A stretch of 64,000 nucleotides of DNA, taken from positions 320,001 through 384,000 of the forward strand of contig CBDBCF010000002.1 in assembly GCA_965202985.1 (NCBI GenBank). Reading direction: 5' to 3'. Position numbers and translations under genes: made by a program. Positions 8,457 to 18,065 of this stretch are shown piece by piece. The notes beneath the pieces are model-generated. The model was not told the origin of the DNA and did not search any database. It saw nothing but the letters and a program-made list of their open reading frames with translations. Origin of the DNA: Longimicrobiales bacterium. Lineage in GTDB: Bacteria > Gemmatimonadota > Gemmatimonadetes > Longimicrobiales > Gaopeijiaceae. The stretch's first letter is position 1. Each line of letters starts with the position of its first letter.

Positions 8457-10399
8457 GACCTGCACTGGTGGTTGTTCGCGGACCCCAGCTTCTCCAGCAG
8501 CGCCACGGTGGCCGGTTGCGGCTGCGCGCGCTGCTCCGGGCTGTTGGCCAAGTCCGCCGTCGTCTGGCCCCGGCGGCTGATGGCGTGGATGTCGGTTCCG
8601 ACGGAAGCCAAGTACAGGATCGTGGCGTTGTCGCCTCGGGCCGCGGCGTGGTGGATCGCGTTGTAGCCGTCCTTGTCGCGCAGGTTGGGGTCCACGCCCA
8701 GCTCTTCGATCAGGTAGCGGACCGCGGGCAGCCAGCCGTCGGGCACGGCCCGATGCTGCTGGGCCACCCTGGACGTGCCGAACCCCACGCCCGACGCTGC
8801 GTGCAGGGGGTGGACTGCAGGTCCCCCGACCGGAACTGGCGGCAACCCCGACGGGTCCGCCGGCTCGTCTTCCGGCTGGGTGTCGGGGAAGTTGGGGTCG
8901 CGGTAGCGCCGTCGGTCCGGCAGGCGGGTCGTCCAGATGTTGGGGTCGGCCCCGTGCTCGACCAGCAGACGCATGGCGTCCACGTCCACGGCGTAGGCGG
9001 CGCGCCAGAACGGGGTGGCCCCGGTGAAGTCCACGCCCATGCGTCCGGCGTTGTACGCGGCGTACCAGATGTGGGTCGAGGTGCGCTGGTTGGGATCGGC
9101 GCCGGCGTCCAGCAGCAGCTTCATGAACTCCAGGTAGCCGGTCTCCTGCTGGCGGAACGCCTGCGGCTGCGGGTACCAAGTCCGAAGCGACCACTCGATG
9201 TTGAGCACGGCGAAGAGCGGACCGGCGCCGTCGTCGCTGACCGCGTTGGGGTCGGCGCCGCGCTCCAACAGGTCGCGGGCCAGGTCGTAGTTGCCGTTCA
9301 CCACCGCCACGAGCAGCGGCGTCGAGCGATCGCCGGCGGTGGGCTGCCCGATGTCGGCGCCCGCGTCCGCCAGCAGCGCCACGGTGCTTCGATGGCCCTC
9401 GCGGGCGGCGAAGTGCACGGCCGCGAACCCTCCCTGCTTGCCGATCTGCTGGGCAGAGGTCAGCGCCTTGACGGGGGGCTCCGGCTCCGGCGGCGGCTCC
9501 TTGGGCTCGGACTCGTCCGGCTCCGTCTCCGAGGCGGCCGGGTCCGGCGGCTCGGCCGGAGTCGCAGGGGTCGCGGGTTCGGGGGTTGCAGGCTGCTGGG
9601 GGGCCGCGGGTTGGGGCGTCGGGGCCGCCGGAGCTTCCGGCGTTTCCGGCTCCTCGCCGGCCTCCACGGCCTTCGCGGCGGCCCTGATCTGGGCGCGACG
9701 GCGCTGCTCGGCCCGCATCTCTTGGTCCAAGGTCTCGTAGTCCTTGACGCGGGTCACCAGCGAAGCGTCCGCCCCGTCCGCGATCAGCGCATCCAAGGCC
9801 CGGTTGGCCCCCCGGACCGCGGCGAACATCAGCGGCGTACGTTCGGCGAATCGGTCTCGGGCGTTCAAGTCGGCTCCCCGCGCCGCCAGCGCCTCGATCA
9901 CGTCGGCCGCGTCGGCTTCGGCCGCGAAGTGCAGCGCCGCGACCCCGGTGGTCGTGAACCGATTCGGGTCGGCCCCGGCCTCCAGCAGCATGTCCGCGAC
10001 CTCGGCGTGTCCCGCTCGACTTGCCAAGTGCAGCGGCGCATACCCGCCCAATCGCGTTGCGGCGCGCACCGTGGCTCCGGCGTACAGAAGCGTCCGGGCC
10101 ATCTCCACGTCGTTGCCGCTCGCGGCCCAGTGAAGCGCCGTCATGCCGTCGTTCTGGGCGGCGTTGGCGTCGGCCCCGTCCCGAAGAAGCTCCCGCACCG
10201 CCTTCAAGTCTCCCCGCTGGGCGGCGTCCGCCACCGGCGAGCGGGTCGAAAGCGAAGCGCCGTCTTGCGCGCCCGCCGCAGGCCCCGCGAGCACCCCGAG
10301 CCCCACGAGCCCCACGAGCCCCACGAGCACCGCCGTTGCCAGCGACAACCGAAACGCCCCTGCGCCTTCTCGTGTCGCCCGACCTTGCCTTGCCGTCAT
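8438..10399 (-). CDS. Secreted ankyrin-repeat protein
   Basis: Multiple ankyrin repeats (GMTALHWAA, GYAPLHLAS, TPLMFAA, TPLLVAV, GYNAIHHAA), signal peptide, Pro/Glu-rich insertion, C-terminal CRSC. Confidence 0.92.
   Translation of the reverse strand: MTARQGRATREGAGAFRLSLATAVLVGLVGLVGLGVLAGPAAGAQDGASLSTRSPVADAAQRGDLKAVRELLRDGADANAAQNDGMTALHWAASGNDVEMARTLLYAGATVRAATRLGGYAPLHLASRAGHAEVADMLLEAGADPNRFTTTGVAALHFAAEADAADVIEALAARGADLNARDRFAERTPLMFAAVRGANRALDALIADGADASLVTRVKDYETLDQEMRAEQRRRAQIRAAAKAVEAGEEPETPEAPAAPTPQPAAPQQPATPEPATPATPAEPPDPAASETEPDESEPKEPPPEPEPPVKALTSAQQIGKQGGFAAVHFAAREGHRSTVALLADAGADIGQPTAGDRSTPLLVAVVNGNYDLARDLLERGADPNAVSDDGAGPLFAVLNIEWSLRTWYPQPQAFRQQETGYLEFMKLLLDAGADPNQRTSTHIWYAAYNAGRMGVDFTGATPFWRAAYAVDVDAMRLLVEHGADPNIWTTRLPDRRRYRDPNFPDTQPEDEPADPSGLPPVPVGGPAVHPLHAASGVGFGTSRVAQQHRAVPDGWLPAVRYLIEELGVDPNLRDKDGYNAIHHAAARGDNATILYLASVGTDIHAISRRGQTTADLANSPEQRAQPQPATVALLEKLGSANNHQCRSCGGSR
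10298..10328. repeat. 9-bp tandem repeat (GAGCCCCAC)x3+, encoding LVG repeats in the ankyrin signal peptide
   Basis: Read directly from the sequence. Confidence 0.85.
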
Positions 10400-10415
10400 A
10401 TCCGCCGCCCCCTCC

Positions 10416-11804
10416 TTACAGCGCGAAGACGCCGTTGCTGTTGCCGAACTTCTCCATGTCCGTGGCGCCCAGCTTGTGCAGCATGGCGAGCATGACGTTC
10501 GCCATCGGCGTGCCCGGCTTGGCCCGGATGTGCCGCCCGCCCTCCAGCACGCCGTTCGCGCCGCCGGCCAGGAACAGCGGGCAGCGCGCGTGGTTGTGCA
10601 GGTTGCTGTCGGCCATGGCGGAGCCGTACACCACCATGGTCTTGTCCAGCAGGTTGGCGTCGCCCTCGGTGGAGGCCTGCAACTTCTCCAGCAGGTAGGG
10701 CACCATCGACACGTGGTACTCGTTGATCTTGGCGAACTGTCGCACGCGCTCTTCCCGGCCGCCGTGGTGCGAGGCCGCGTGGAACGGCGTGTCCACGCCC
10801 GACTCGGGGTAGACTCGGGGCGAAGCGTCCCGCCCCAGCTTGAGCGAGAACACGCGCGTGGTGTCCGACCGGAACGCCAGCACCTGCAGGTCGAACATGA
10901 GCTTGACGTGCTCTTCGAACGAATCAGGAACGCCGACCGGCGCCTCGGGGATCTGCCGCTCCGCGCCGCTGGAGTTCTGCGCCTCGATCCGCTGGATGCG
11001 CTGCTCGAGCTCGCGGATGTTCTGGGCGTACTGGTCCAGCCGATGCACGTCCGCCACGGCCAGCTCGCGCCGCAACGAGGCCATCTCGCCCATCACCCAG
11101 TCCAGGATGCTGCGGTCCGTGTCCAGCCGCTTCGCCCGCTGCTCCGGCGTTCCCCCGGCCCCGAAGAGCTGCTCGAAGACGGCGCGCGGGTCGCGGATCA
11201 TCGGCAGCGGCTGCGTGGGCGACGACCAGCTGATCGTGTCGGTGTACACGCACGCGTAGCCGTAGGCGCATCCGCCGGCCTGGTCTACGTTCTCGATCGA
11301 CAGTTGGAGCGACGGGATCGGCGTGTCCTGCCCGAAGCGCTGCACGTAGAGCTGGTCCAGCGAAGTCCCGACCCGCACGTCCGACCCCTCGGTCTGCTTG
11401 GGGTGCGACTGCGTCAGGAACACGGCGCTGGTGCGGAAGTGGTCGCCGCCGATCTCGCTGGGCGCGTAGGCGTCGGCCATGCGAGCGTCGGTGTCGCTGA
11501 TGATCGTGAGGTAGTCCCGGAACGGTTCCAGCGGCTTGAGGCTGGTGCCGGTCAGGTCGAAGTTGCGGCCCGTGTCGGCGGGCGACCAGAGGTTCTGGGT
11601 CGCGCCCCACTCGTTGCAGCCGGCCGCGCCGTGGACCTGCTCGATGCAGATCAGCCGGGTCGTGTCGGCGGCTCTTCCGGCGGCCGTGGCCCCCCACAGG
11701 CGACCCGCGGGGATCATCGCGTCGAGCAGGGGAAGGCCGATCGCCGCTCCCGCTCCCTTGAGCGCGGCGCGCCGCGAGATGTGCTTGCCGGTGATGATTT
11801 CCAT
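10416..11804 (-). CDS. DUF1552 (HXXSHH) family protein with Tat-like signal
   Basis: SRRAALKGAGAAIGLPLLDAM N-terminus, GTSLDQ, YACVYTDTISW, PRAVFEQLFG, FHAASHH, NLHNH. Confidence 0.9.
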   Translation of the reverse strand: MEIITGKHISRRAALKGAGAAIGLPLLDAMIPAGRLWGATAAGRAADTTRLICIEQVHGAAGCNEWGATQNLWSPADTGRNFDLTGTSLKPLEPFRDYLTIISDTDARMADAYAPSEIGGDHFRTSAVFLTQSHPKQTEGSDVRVGTSLDQLYVQRFGQDTPIPSLQLSIENVDQAGGCAYGYACVYTDTISWSSPTQPLPMIRDPRAVFEQLFGAGGTPEQRAKRLDTDRSILDWVMGEMASLRRELAVADVHRLDQYAQNIRELEQRIQRIEAQNSSGAERQIPEAPVGVPDSFEEHVKLMFDLQVLAFRSDTTRVFSLKLGRDASPRVYPESGVDTPFHAASHHGGREERVRQFAKINEYHVSMVPYLLEKLQASTEGDANLLDKTMVVYGSAMADSNLHNHARCPLFLAGGANGVLEGGRHIRAKPGTPMANVMLAMLHKLGATDMEKFGNSNGVFAL

Positions 11805-11832
11805 CGCTGTTTGGGCCTCGGAGGTTGAGGTG

Positions 11833-14319
11833 TCAGTCGGGTTGGCCGTTCCCGGCCTCGGCGTCGACCAGCGTCTCGGCTCGCGCCAGTCGGAACGGCG
11901 GGCTGCCCACGACCCCCAGCACGAACGAAGAGATGCGGTAGTCGTTGGCTTCGGCCTGCCGGACGATCTGCCGAACCGTGGGCATGTCGTAGTACTCCAC
12001 GCGACGCCCCAGGGCATAGGCCATGAGGTTCTCGGTGAAGGTCCTCAGCACGACTTCCTTGAGCCGGAGCAGGGCCTCCTGCAAGTCGCCCGGACCGGAG
12101 AGTTCGGTGCCGTCGTACATGACGTCCGTCGGGTCCACGTAGTTGCCCTCGTCGCGGATCCGCCAAGCGCCGGTCACGTCGAAGTTCTCGAGCGCCAGTC
12201 CCAGGGGGTCGATCGCGGCGTGGCAGGAGTTGCACGTCGGGTTGGCGCGGTGCATCTCCATCCGCTCCCGCACCGTCAGGAACCGGCCCTCTTCGGCGGC
12301 GCTGGTCTCCTCGAACGCGGGGATGTCCGGGGGCGGAGGCGGGGGCGGCGCGCCGAGCAGCACCTCCAGCACCCACTTGCCCCGCAGCACGGGCGACGTG
12401 CGGTCCGGGTGCGAAGTCAACGTCAGGATGCTGCCGTGTCCAAGGATGCCGCGCCGGCCGTCGTCCGCGTACTCGACCTTGCGGAAGTCGGGGCCGGTCA
12501 CGCCGGTCAGGCCGTAGTGCCGGGCCAGGCGCTCGTTGGCGAAGGTGTAGCGCGCGGCGAGCAGGTCCAGCACCGGTCGGTCCTCGTCCACCAAGTGGGC
12601 GAAGAACAGCTCCGTCTCCCGGTGCATGGCATCGGCCAGCGTCTGGTCGAAGTACGGGAACGTAAGCGCGTCCGGGTGAATCTTCTCCAGGTCCTGAAGC
12701 CGGAGCCACTGGGCCGCGAACCGAGTGGCCAAGGCGCGCGACCGGGGGTCGGCCAGCATTCGACGGGCTTGGCGCTCGAGCTCGGCCGGGTCCGACAGAG
12801 CGCCGGAGCGGGCCGACTCCAGAAGCACGGCGTCGGGCGGCGATCCCCACAGGAAGAACGACAGTCGCGACGCCAGGTCCACGTCGGTCACGGCGTAGGC
12901 GCCCTCGGCCACGCTCTCCTTGGGCTGGCGCTCCAGGCGGAAGATGAAGTGCGGGCTGGCCAGCACCGCTTGCAGCGCCGTGCGGATGCCGCTCTCGAAG
13001 CCGCCTTGGGCCGCGCCCCTTTGGTAGAAGCCCATCAAGCCCTCGACGTCGCTGTCTCGCACGGGCCGGCGGTACGCCCGCTCGGCCAGCTTGGCGACGA
13101 TCTGCCGGGCGCAGGGAGCCTCTTCCTCGGGAGATGTGGGCCGACACGCGAAGACGGCGCGGCGGGCAGGCGTCTCCGACACGCCGGTGACGCCGAAGGG
13201 TCCAAGCACCGTGAGGCGCTGCAGGTGCTGTTGCGTGGTCACCCCCAGACCGATGCCGATCTGGCCGTCGGCCAAGGTGTGGTCGATGGGCCGGATCAGG
13301 TCGTCGACCTCGCCCTCGAACTGGCGCACGAACGCCACGGACACGCGCTTGGGGCCGGCGGTCACGTAGATCGAGTCGGTCCGAATGTTCAAGCCGGTGG
13401 GCTCGGACTCGGACATCCACCGGTCGACCTCCAGGAGGGCGGCGCGCGCGCCGTCGATGGAGACCTCCAGCTGTTCCGTTCCGAACGTGCGCCCGAAGAC
13501 CTCGCCCTCCACCGCGCCGTAGGGCATGACGTGGAAGACGTAGGCGCCGTCGGCGGGGAAGTTGTGCACGACCGACAGCCCGCCGCGCGTGCCGATGGGG
13601 GCGCCCTCCACGCGATCCTTCTGGGAGGACACGCGCGGGACCCGGTAGATCGCGGACGCGACCTCGGCGTCGGGGTCGCCCAAGGCCAGGCGGCTGATCT
13701 GCCCGGCGGCCCGAAGGTACCCCTCCATGACCGTGGCCGACGGCATCTGCACGTCGGCAATGTTGTCGAAGTTGGCGCTCTTGGTGTCCAGCGGCAGGAA
13801 GGCGCCCACGTCCACGCGAAGGCCCAGCAGGTCCTCCACCGCACGGGCGTACTCGGCGCGGTTCAGTCGCTGGAACGTCCTGCGTCCCGGGTCGGGGTCG
13901 CTCGCCGCGACGCGGTCCATCTCGGCTTCCAGCTCTTGGGCCATGGCGGCCAAGACCGGCGCTTCGGGCCTGCGCACGCCTCGGGGCGGCATCATCCCCG
14001 CCCGAAGCTTGCGGATCATCTTCTCGACGGTGGGCCGCATCTGCCCCGCGGCGGCCACGTCGAAGCCCTCCAGCACCAAGTCGCCCCGCCGTCGGCGCTC
14101 GCTGTGGCAACGCACGCAGTACTCCTCGACGACCTCGTTGGGGCCAAGATCGTCGCGGGCGTCGACAGCCCCATGGGAACCTACGGCGCCGCTCGGCTCC
14201 GCTGCGCGATGCACGACCGCGGTCGAAGCCTTTCCTGGACGCTGGGGCGCGGAGGCCCACTGGTGGCCGGCGGCTCCAAGCACGCTCGCCGCCAGCATCG
14301 CGAGGACGAGTCTACTCAT
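11833..14319 (-). CDS. DUF1592/DUF1588/DUF1587/DUF1595/DUF1585 (PSCyt/PSD-type) cytochrome c domain protein
   Basis: CVRCH and CNSCH heme motifs, RLNRAEY, LASRLSFFLWGSPPD, RTSPVLRGKWVLE, DPLGLALENFD. Confidence 0.9.
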   Translation of the reverse strand: MSRLVLAMLAASVLGAAGHQWASAPQRPGKASTAVVHRAAEPSGAVGSHGAVDARDDLGPNEVVEEYCVRCHSERRRRGDLVLEGFDVAAAGQMRPTVEKMIRKLRAGMMPPRGVRRPEAPVLAAMAQELEAEMDRVAASDPDPGRRTFQRLNRAEYARAVEDLLGLRVDVGAFLPLDTKSANFDNIADVQMPSATVMEGYLRAAGQISRLALGDPDAEVASAIYRVPRVSSQKDRVEGAPIGTRGGLSVVHNFPADGAYVFHVMPYGAVEGEVFGRTFGTEQLEVSIDGARAALLEVDRWMSESEPTGLNIRTDSIYVTAGPKRVSVAFVRQFEGEVDDLIRPIDHTLADGQIGIGLGVTTQQHLQRLTVLGPFGVTGVSETPARRAVFACRPTSPEEEAPCARQIVAKLAERAYRRPVRDSDVEGLMGFYQRGAAQGGFESGIRTALQAVLASPHFIFRLERQPKESVAEGAYAVTDVDLASRLSFFLWGSPPDAVLLESARSGALSDPAELERQARRMLADPRSRALATRFAAQWLRLQDLEKIHPDALTFPYFDQTLADAMHRETELFFAHLVDEDRPVLDLLAARYTFANERLARHYGLTGVTGPDFRKVEYADDGRRGILGHGSILTLTSHPDRTSPVLRGKWVLEVLLGAPPPPPPPDIPAFEETSAAEEGRFLTVRERMEMHRANPTCNSCHAAIDPLGLALENFDVTGAWRIRDEGNYVDPTDVMYDGTELSGPGDLQEALLRLKEVVLRTFTENLMAYALGRRVEYYDMPTVRQIVRQAEANDYRISSFVLGVVGSPPFRLARAETLVDAEAGNGQPD

Positions 14320-14478
14320 ACCGAACAAATGTAGGACAACGGCGCGCTCGCCGCCAGCCGGGGGACGCCATGCGACTCGGGGGAGCGGCCAGCGCGCTCG
14401 GGAGTGGCAGCGTTCGCGCGCGTCTGGCGCCTTCGTTGCCGAGACCGCATCTTCAAGGCCAGACCTTGGAGGACCTGC

Positions 14479-15537
14479 ATGACCCGAAGGCACCCGTCCG
14501 CAACGTTGACCTGCGCACCGGCGTTGACCCGCGTGGCCCTGCTCGTGCCGGCGATCGCCTTGCTGCCGGCGGACGCCGCGTCGCAAGAGGCGGGGACGGC
14601 ATCGGAGACGGTCGAGATCACGGCCCGAGTTCACGACGTGGACGACCGTCGGCCGCTTGCGGGGGCCGTCGTCTCGCTGTCGGGCGTCGCGACTCGCCAC
14701 GCGACGGGCGTGGACGGCAGTGCCACGTTCGGCGTCGCCCTGGGCGACTACGAGCTCACGGTTCGCAAAGGCGGCTACGAGACCCTGGCCGGCGCCTTCA
14801 CCGTCTACCGGCCGGGCGAGTTCACGCTGTGGATGACGAAGGCCGACGGCGTGGACCCGGGAGCGCCCGCGAGGTTGCTGGTCAGGGTCGTGGACGGCGA
14901 CACCGGGACGCCGGTGGAGGGTGCGGCCGTGTCGGTGCTGCCAGGGGGAAGCCGGCCCACCGACGTCAACGGGCGGGCGGAGTTTCGGAACTTGGCCCCG
15001 GCGCTGGCCCAGGTGACGGTGGAGATGATCGGCTACGCCCGCCGCGCCGAGCCCGTGTCGCTGCACCCGGGCCGCACCACAGCGATGGAAGTGGCCATGG
15101 CGATCGAGGCGGTGCGGCTGCGCCCGATCGAGGTGGTCGTGCGGATCCCGTTCCTGGAGGCCAACGGCGTGTATCGGCGGATCGACCAGGGGGTCGCTCG
15201 GCGGCTGCTGACCCGCCGGACGATCGAGGACCGAGGGTCGCCCCGCATCTCCGACTCCTTCTCCCACATTTCGGGGGTCGAGGTCCGGCGCGAAGGATCG
15301 GCGATGGGGTTTCCCAACCGGGCCGTTCTGTACGCCCGAGGTTGTTCCCTGTCGATCTGGGTGGACGGCGTCGAGTGGAATCCCGACATCGAGGGCTCGG
15401 TGGACATCGACCAGATCTCGCCGGAGTGGGTGGAACTCGCCGAGGTCTACTCGGAGGCGCGGCTGCCCATGCAGTACACCTCCCGGCACGGATGCGGCGG
15501 CGTCCTGATCTGGACCCGGCAGGGACGGCGCCCGTAG
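14479..15537 (+). CDS. Secreted protein with two carboxypeptidase-regulatory-like (transthyretin-fold) domains and a TonB-plug-like C-terminal domain
   Basis: GGAGG RBS, signal peptide, VDGDTGTPVEGAAV..TDVNGRAEF, C-terminal IWVDGV...ISPEWVELAEVY...CGGVLIWTR. Confidence 0.75.
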   Translation: MTRRHPSATLTCAPALTRVALLVPAIALLPADAASQEAGTASETVEITARVHDVDDRRPLAGAVVSLSGVATRHATGVDGSATFGVALGDYELTVRKGGYETLAGAFTVYRPGEFTLWMTKADGVDPGAPARLLVRVVDGDTGTPVEGAAVSVLPGGSRPTDVNGRAEFRNLAPALAQVTVEMIGYARRAEPVSLHPGRTTAMEVAMAIEAVRLRPIEVVVRIPFLEANGVYRRIDQGVARRLLTRRTIEDRGSPRISDSFSHISGVEVRREGSAMGFPNRAVLYARGCSLSIWVDGVEWNPDIEGSVDIDQISPEWVELAEVYSEARLPMQYTSRHGCGGVLIWTRQGRRP

Positions 15538-15653
15538 GGAAGGGCGGCGGCCCCCAAGGCGGAACGCGCAGCCGGCCTTCCCCCCGAAGTTACCTTGGAG
15601 GCGTCGCCCCCAAGGGACCCCCCCCAACCTTCCGACAGGACGGGCTAGCCACG

Positions 15654-16127
15654 ATGAGCACACCGGCGGTGGGAAGCGTCGCCCCCGATTTCTCCCTTCT
15701 GCGCGCGATGGGCCAAGCACCGGTCACCCTGTCCGAACACCGGGGCGGCCCCGTGGTCCTGCTGTTCGTGCCCTTGGCGTTCTCCGGCACCTGCACGGAA
15801 GAGATGTGCCGGATGGCGGAGACTTGGGACGACTGGGCGGGCGTGGGCGCCAAGGTGCTGGGCATCAGCATCGACTCGCCGTTCGCGAACCAGAAGTGGG
15901 TGGACGACACGGGCGTTCCGTTCCCGGTGCTCTCCGACTTCAACAAGGAGGCGGCCAGCGCCTACGGCGTGTTGCAGGAGGACTTCTTCGGCCTGCGCGG
16001 CGTGGCCAAGCGCTCGGTCTTCGTCGTGGACGGGGCCGGTCGAATCGCGTACGCCTGGGCCAGCGACGACCCGGGGGTGCTGCCGCCGTTCGCCGAGGTG
16101 CTGGAGGCGGTGCGGGGCCTGGGGTGA
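15654..16127 (+). CDS. Peroxiredoxin / redoxin (AhpE/PrxQ-like)
   Basis: GSVAPDFSL, PLAFSGTCTEEMC active-site motif, LSDFNK, AKRSVFVVD. Confidence 0.9.
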   Translation: MSTPAVGSVAPDFSLLRAMGQAPVTLSEHRGGPVVLLFVPLAFSGTCTEEMCRMAETWDDWAGVGAKVLGISIDSPFANQKWVDDTGVPFPVLSDFNKEAASAYGVLQEDFFGLRGVAKRSVFVVDGAGRIAYAWASDDPGVLPPFAEVLEAVRGLG

Positions 16128-16924
16128 TGAGCGGGCTTCGCAAGTCCTGGGGACGCTCGTTCGCCGCGGCGGCGTTGGCCGTGCTCTGGGCGCTGGCCGG
16201 GGCTGGTGCGGCGCCGGGCCAGAACGCCGACCAAGCGGGAGTCGGATTCGCGGGGAAGGTGGTGGACACGTACCAGGGAGCGCCGGTCGCGGGCGCCGTG
16301 GTGCAGCTGCCGGAAGCGCGGCGCGCCGACGGTTCGGCGTTCGCGGCGGTCACCGACGACGGGGGCCGCTTCGTCATTGAAGACGCGCCGGCGGGCCCGA
16401 ACGCCGTCGAGATCTCCCGGATCGGGTACGCTCCGCTGGTTCAGGTCCTGGACATCCAAGACGGTCAGTTCGTGGAGGCGGCGTTGATCCCCAAGCCCGT
16501 CGTGCTTGAGGGGATCGAGGTCTACGTGGATCGCCTCGAGTCCCGTCTGCGGAGCCTGCCGTTCGGGGCCTCCACCTTCGACGAGACGGCGTTGCGGTTC
16601 GCGCCGGACCTCAACGTGGCGGACTACCTGGCCAGCCAGCCCGGCTTCGAGTTCGTGCCCTGCTTCCAGGGCTCGTCCGACGGCGCCCTATTCACTCGGC
16701 GCCGGGACTGCATCCGCACGCGCGGGACCACCCCGCAGAGACCCAGCGTCTTCTTGGACGACGCGCCGGCGTTCGGCGGCGTCCAGGAGCTGGCCACGCT
16801 GCCCACGACCGAGATCTATCGCGTGGAGGTGATCCGAGGTTGCGGCCAGATTCGCGTCTACACGCTGTCCTACGCGGAGGGGAGGGCGAGCCGGCAGCGG
16901 CCGCTGCTTCCCATCGTTTGCTGA
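16127..16924 (+). CDS. Secreted carboxypeptidase-regulatory-like domain protein with plug-like C-terminus
   Basis: TGATG overlap with the upstream gene; GKVVD..APVAGAVV, TDDGGRF, SRIGY, EIYRVEVIRG. Confidence 0.75.
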   Translation: MSGLRKSWGRSFAAAALAVLWALAGAGAAPGQNADQAGVGFAGKVVDTYQGAPVAGAVVQLPEARRADGSAFAAVTDDGGRFVIEDAPAGPNAVEISRIGYAPLVQVLDIQDGQFVEAALIPKPVVLEGIEVYVDRLESRLRSLPFGASTFDETALRFAPDLNVADYLASQPGFEFVPCFQGSSDGALFTRRRDCIRTRGTTPQRPSVFLDDAPAFGGVQELATLPTTEIYRVEVIRGCGQIRVYTLSYAEGRASRQRPLLPIVC

Positions 16925-16944
16925 CTTCCGGGCCGACCCAGGGC

Positions 16945-18060
16945 ATGACGGCGGTCGGCAGGCTGGACCGGAACCCCGGCCTGCGGTTTCTGTTCATGCT
17001 GGCGGTGATCGTGGTTCTCGTTCAAGGTCTCCGGATCGCCCAGCCCATTCTGCTGCCGGCGGCCGTGGCCGTCTTCCTGGCCATCACCAGCCTGCCGATC
17101 GTGGTCTGGTTGCGCAGGAAGCGCCTGCCGAACCCGCTGGCGATCCTGCTCACGGTGCTGGTCGTCGCGGCCGTCTTCGGCATGGTCATCCTCTTGGCGA
17201 GTCAGCAGCTGGCGGAGCTTCAGACCATCGGTCCGGCCTACGTCCGAGCGGTGAATGACCAAGTGAACGTCTGGCTGCAAGGCGTGGAGGACAGAGTTCC
17301 GTTCCTGGAAGGGGTGCGGGACAGCCTGACCGGGCCCCTCAACTCCACCCTTCTCGCGGTGGCCGGAGGCACGTTCACTTGGGCGCTGTCGTTCGCGTCC
17401 ACGACGTTCCTGGTGTTTCTGATCTTGGCGTTCGCGCTGGGAGAGGCGGCGGTCTTGCCCCGCAAGCTCCGGGCTGTGACCGGCGGGTTCGTGGCCTCCG
17501 ACGAGCGCATGGGCAAGATCGTCCGGGAGGTGCAGGGCTACTTGGTCATCAAGACGCTCGTGAGCCTGGGCACCGGACTGATAATCGGGCTCTGGACCTG
17601 GACCGTGGGGCTGGACTCGCCGATCCTTCTGGGGCTCGTGGCGTTCGTGCTGAACTACGTGCCCACGATCGGGTCGGTGATCGCCTCGGTGCCGGCGCTC
17701 GTGCTGGCCTTGGTGGACTTCGACGTCCAGGGGTCCGCCATCGCCGGCTTCGACGTGCAGCGCGCCTTCGTGGTGGGCATCGGCTACTTGGCGGTGAACG
17801 TCCTGTTCGGCAACTGGCTGGAACCGACCCTGCTGGGACGTCGCCTGGGGTTGTCCACCCTGGTCGTCGTTCTCTCCCTGGTCTTCTGGGGATGGGTCTG
17901 GGGACCCGTCGGCGCCCTGCTGTCCGTGCCCCTGACCGTGGTCGTGAAGATCATGCTCGAGAACACGGAGGACCTTCGGTGGGTCGCCGTGCTGCTGGAC
18001 AAGGACGCGCCCCCAGGAACGCCGGTGGTCGGGGTCGAGGCCGCCGCCGCAGAGCCTTGA
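16945..18060 (+). CDS. AI-2E family transporter
   Basis: Multiple TM helices; LNYVPTIGS, LEPTLLGRRLGLS, FWGWVWGPVGALLSVPLT. Confidence 0.92.
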   Translation: MTAVGRLDRNPGLRFLFMLAVIVVLVQGLRIAQPILLPAAVAVFLAITSLPIVVWLRRKRLPNPLAILLTVLVVAAVFGMVILLASQQLAELQTIGPAYVRAVNDQVNVWLQGVEDRVPFLEGVRDSLTGPLNSTLLAVAGGTFTWALSFASTTFLVFLILAFALGEAAVLPRKLRAVTGGFVASDERMGKIVREVQGYLVIKTLVSLGTGLIIGLWTWTVGLDSPILLGLVAFVLNYVPTIGSVIASVPALVLALVDFDVQGSAIAGFDVQRAFVVGIGYLAVNVLFGNWLEPTLLGRRLGLSTLVVVLSLVFWGWVWGPVGALLSVPLTVVVKIMLENTEDLRWVAVLLDKDAPPGTPVVGVEAAAAEP

Positions 18061-18065
18061 CGCCC

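Noticed and set aside
15538..15625. Two GC-rich hairpins upstream of the peroxiredoxin as a riboswitch
   Set aside because: No recognisable aptamer motif; hairpins are expected at this GC content.
14320..15720. N-terminal extension of the 1295-aa ORF upstream of the DUF1592 gene
   Set aside because: It overlaps a plus-strand gene with a good RBS; the signal peptide and -10 box support a start at 14319.
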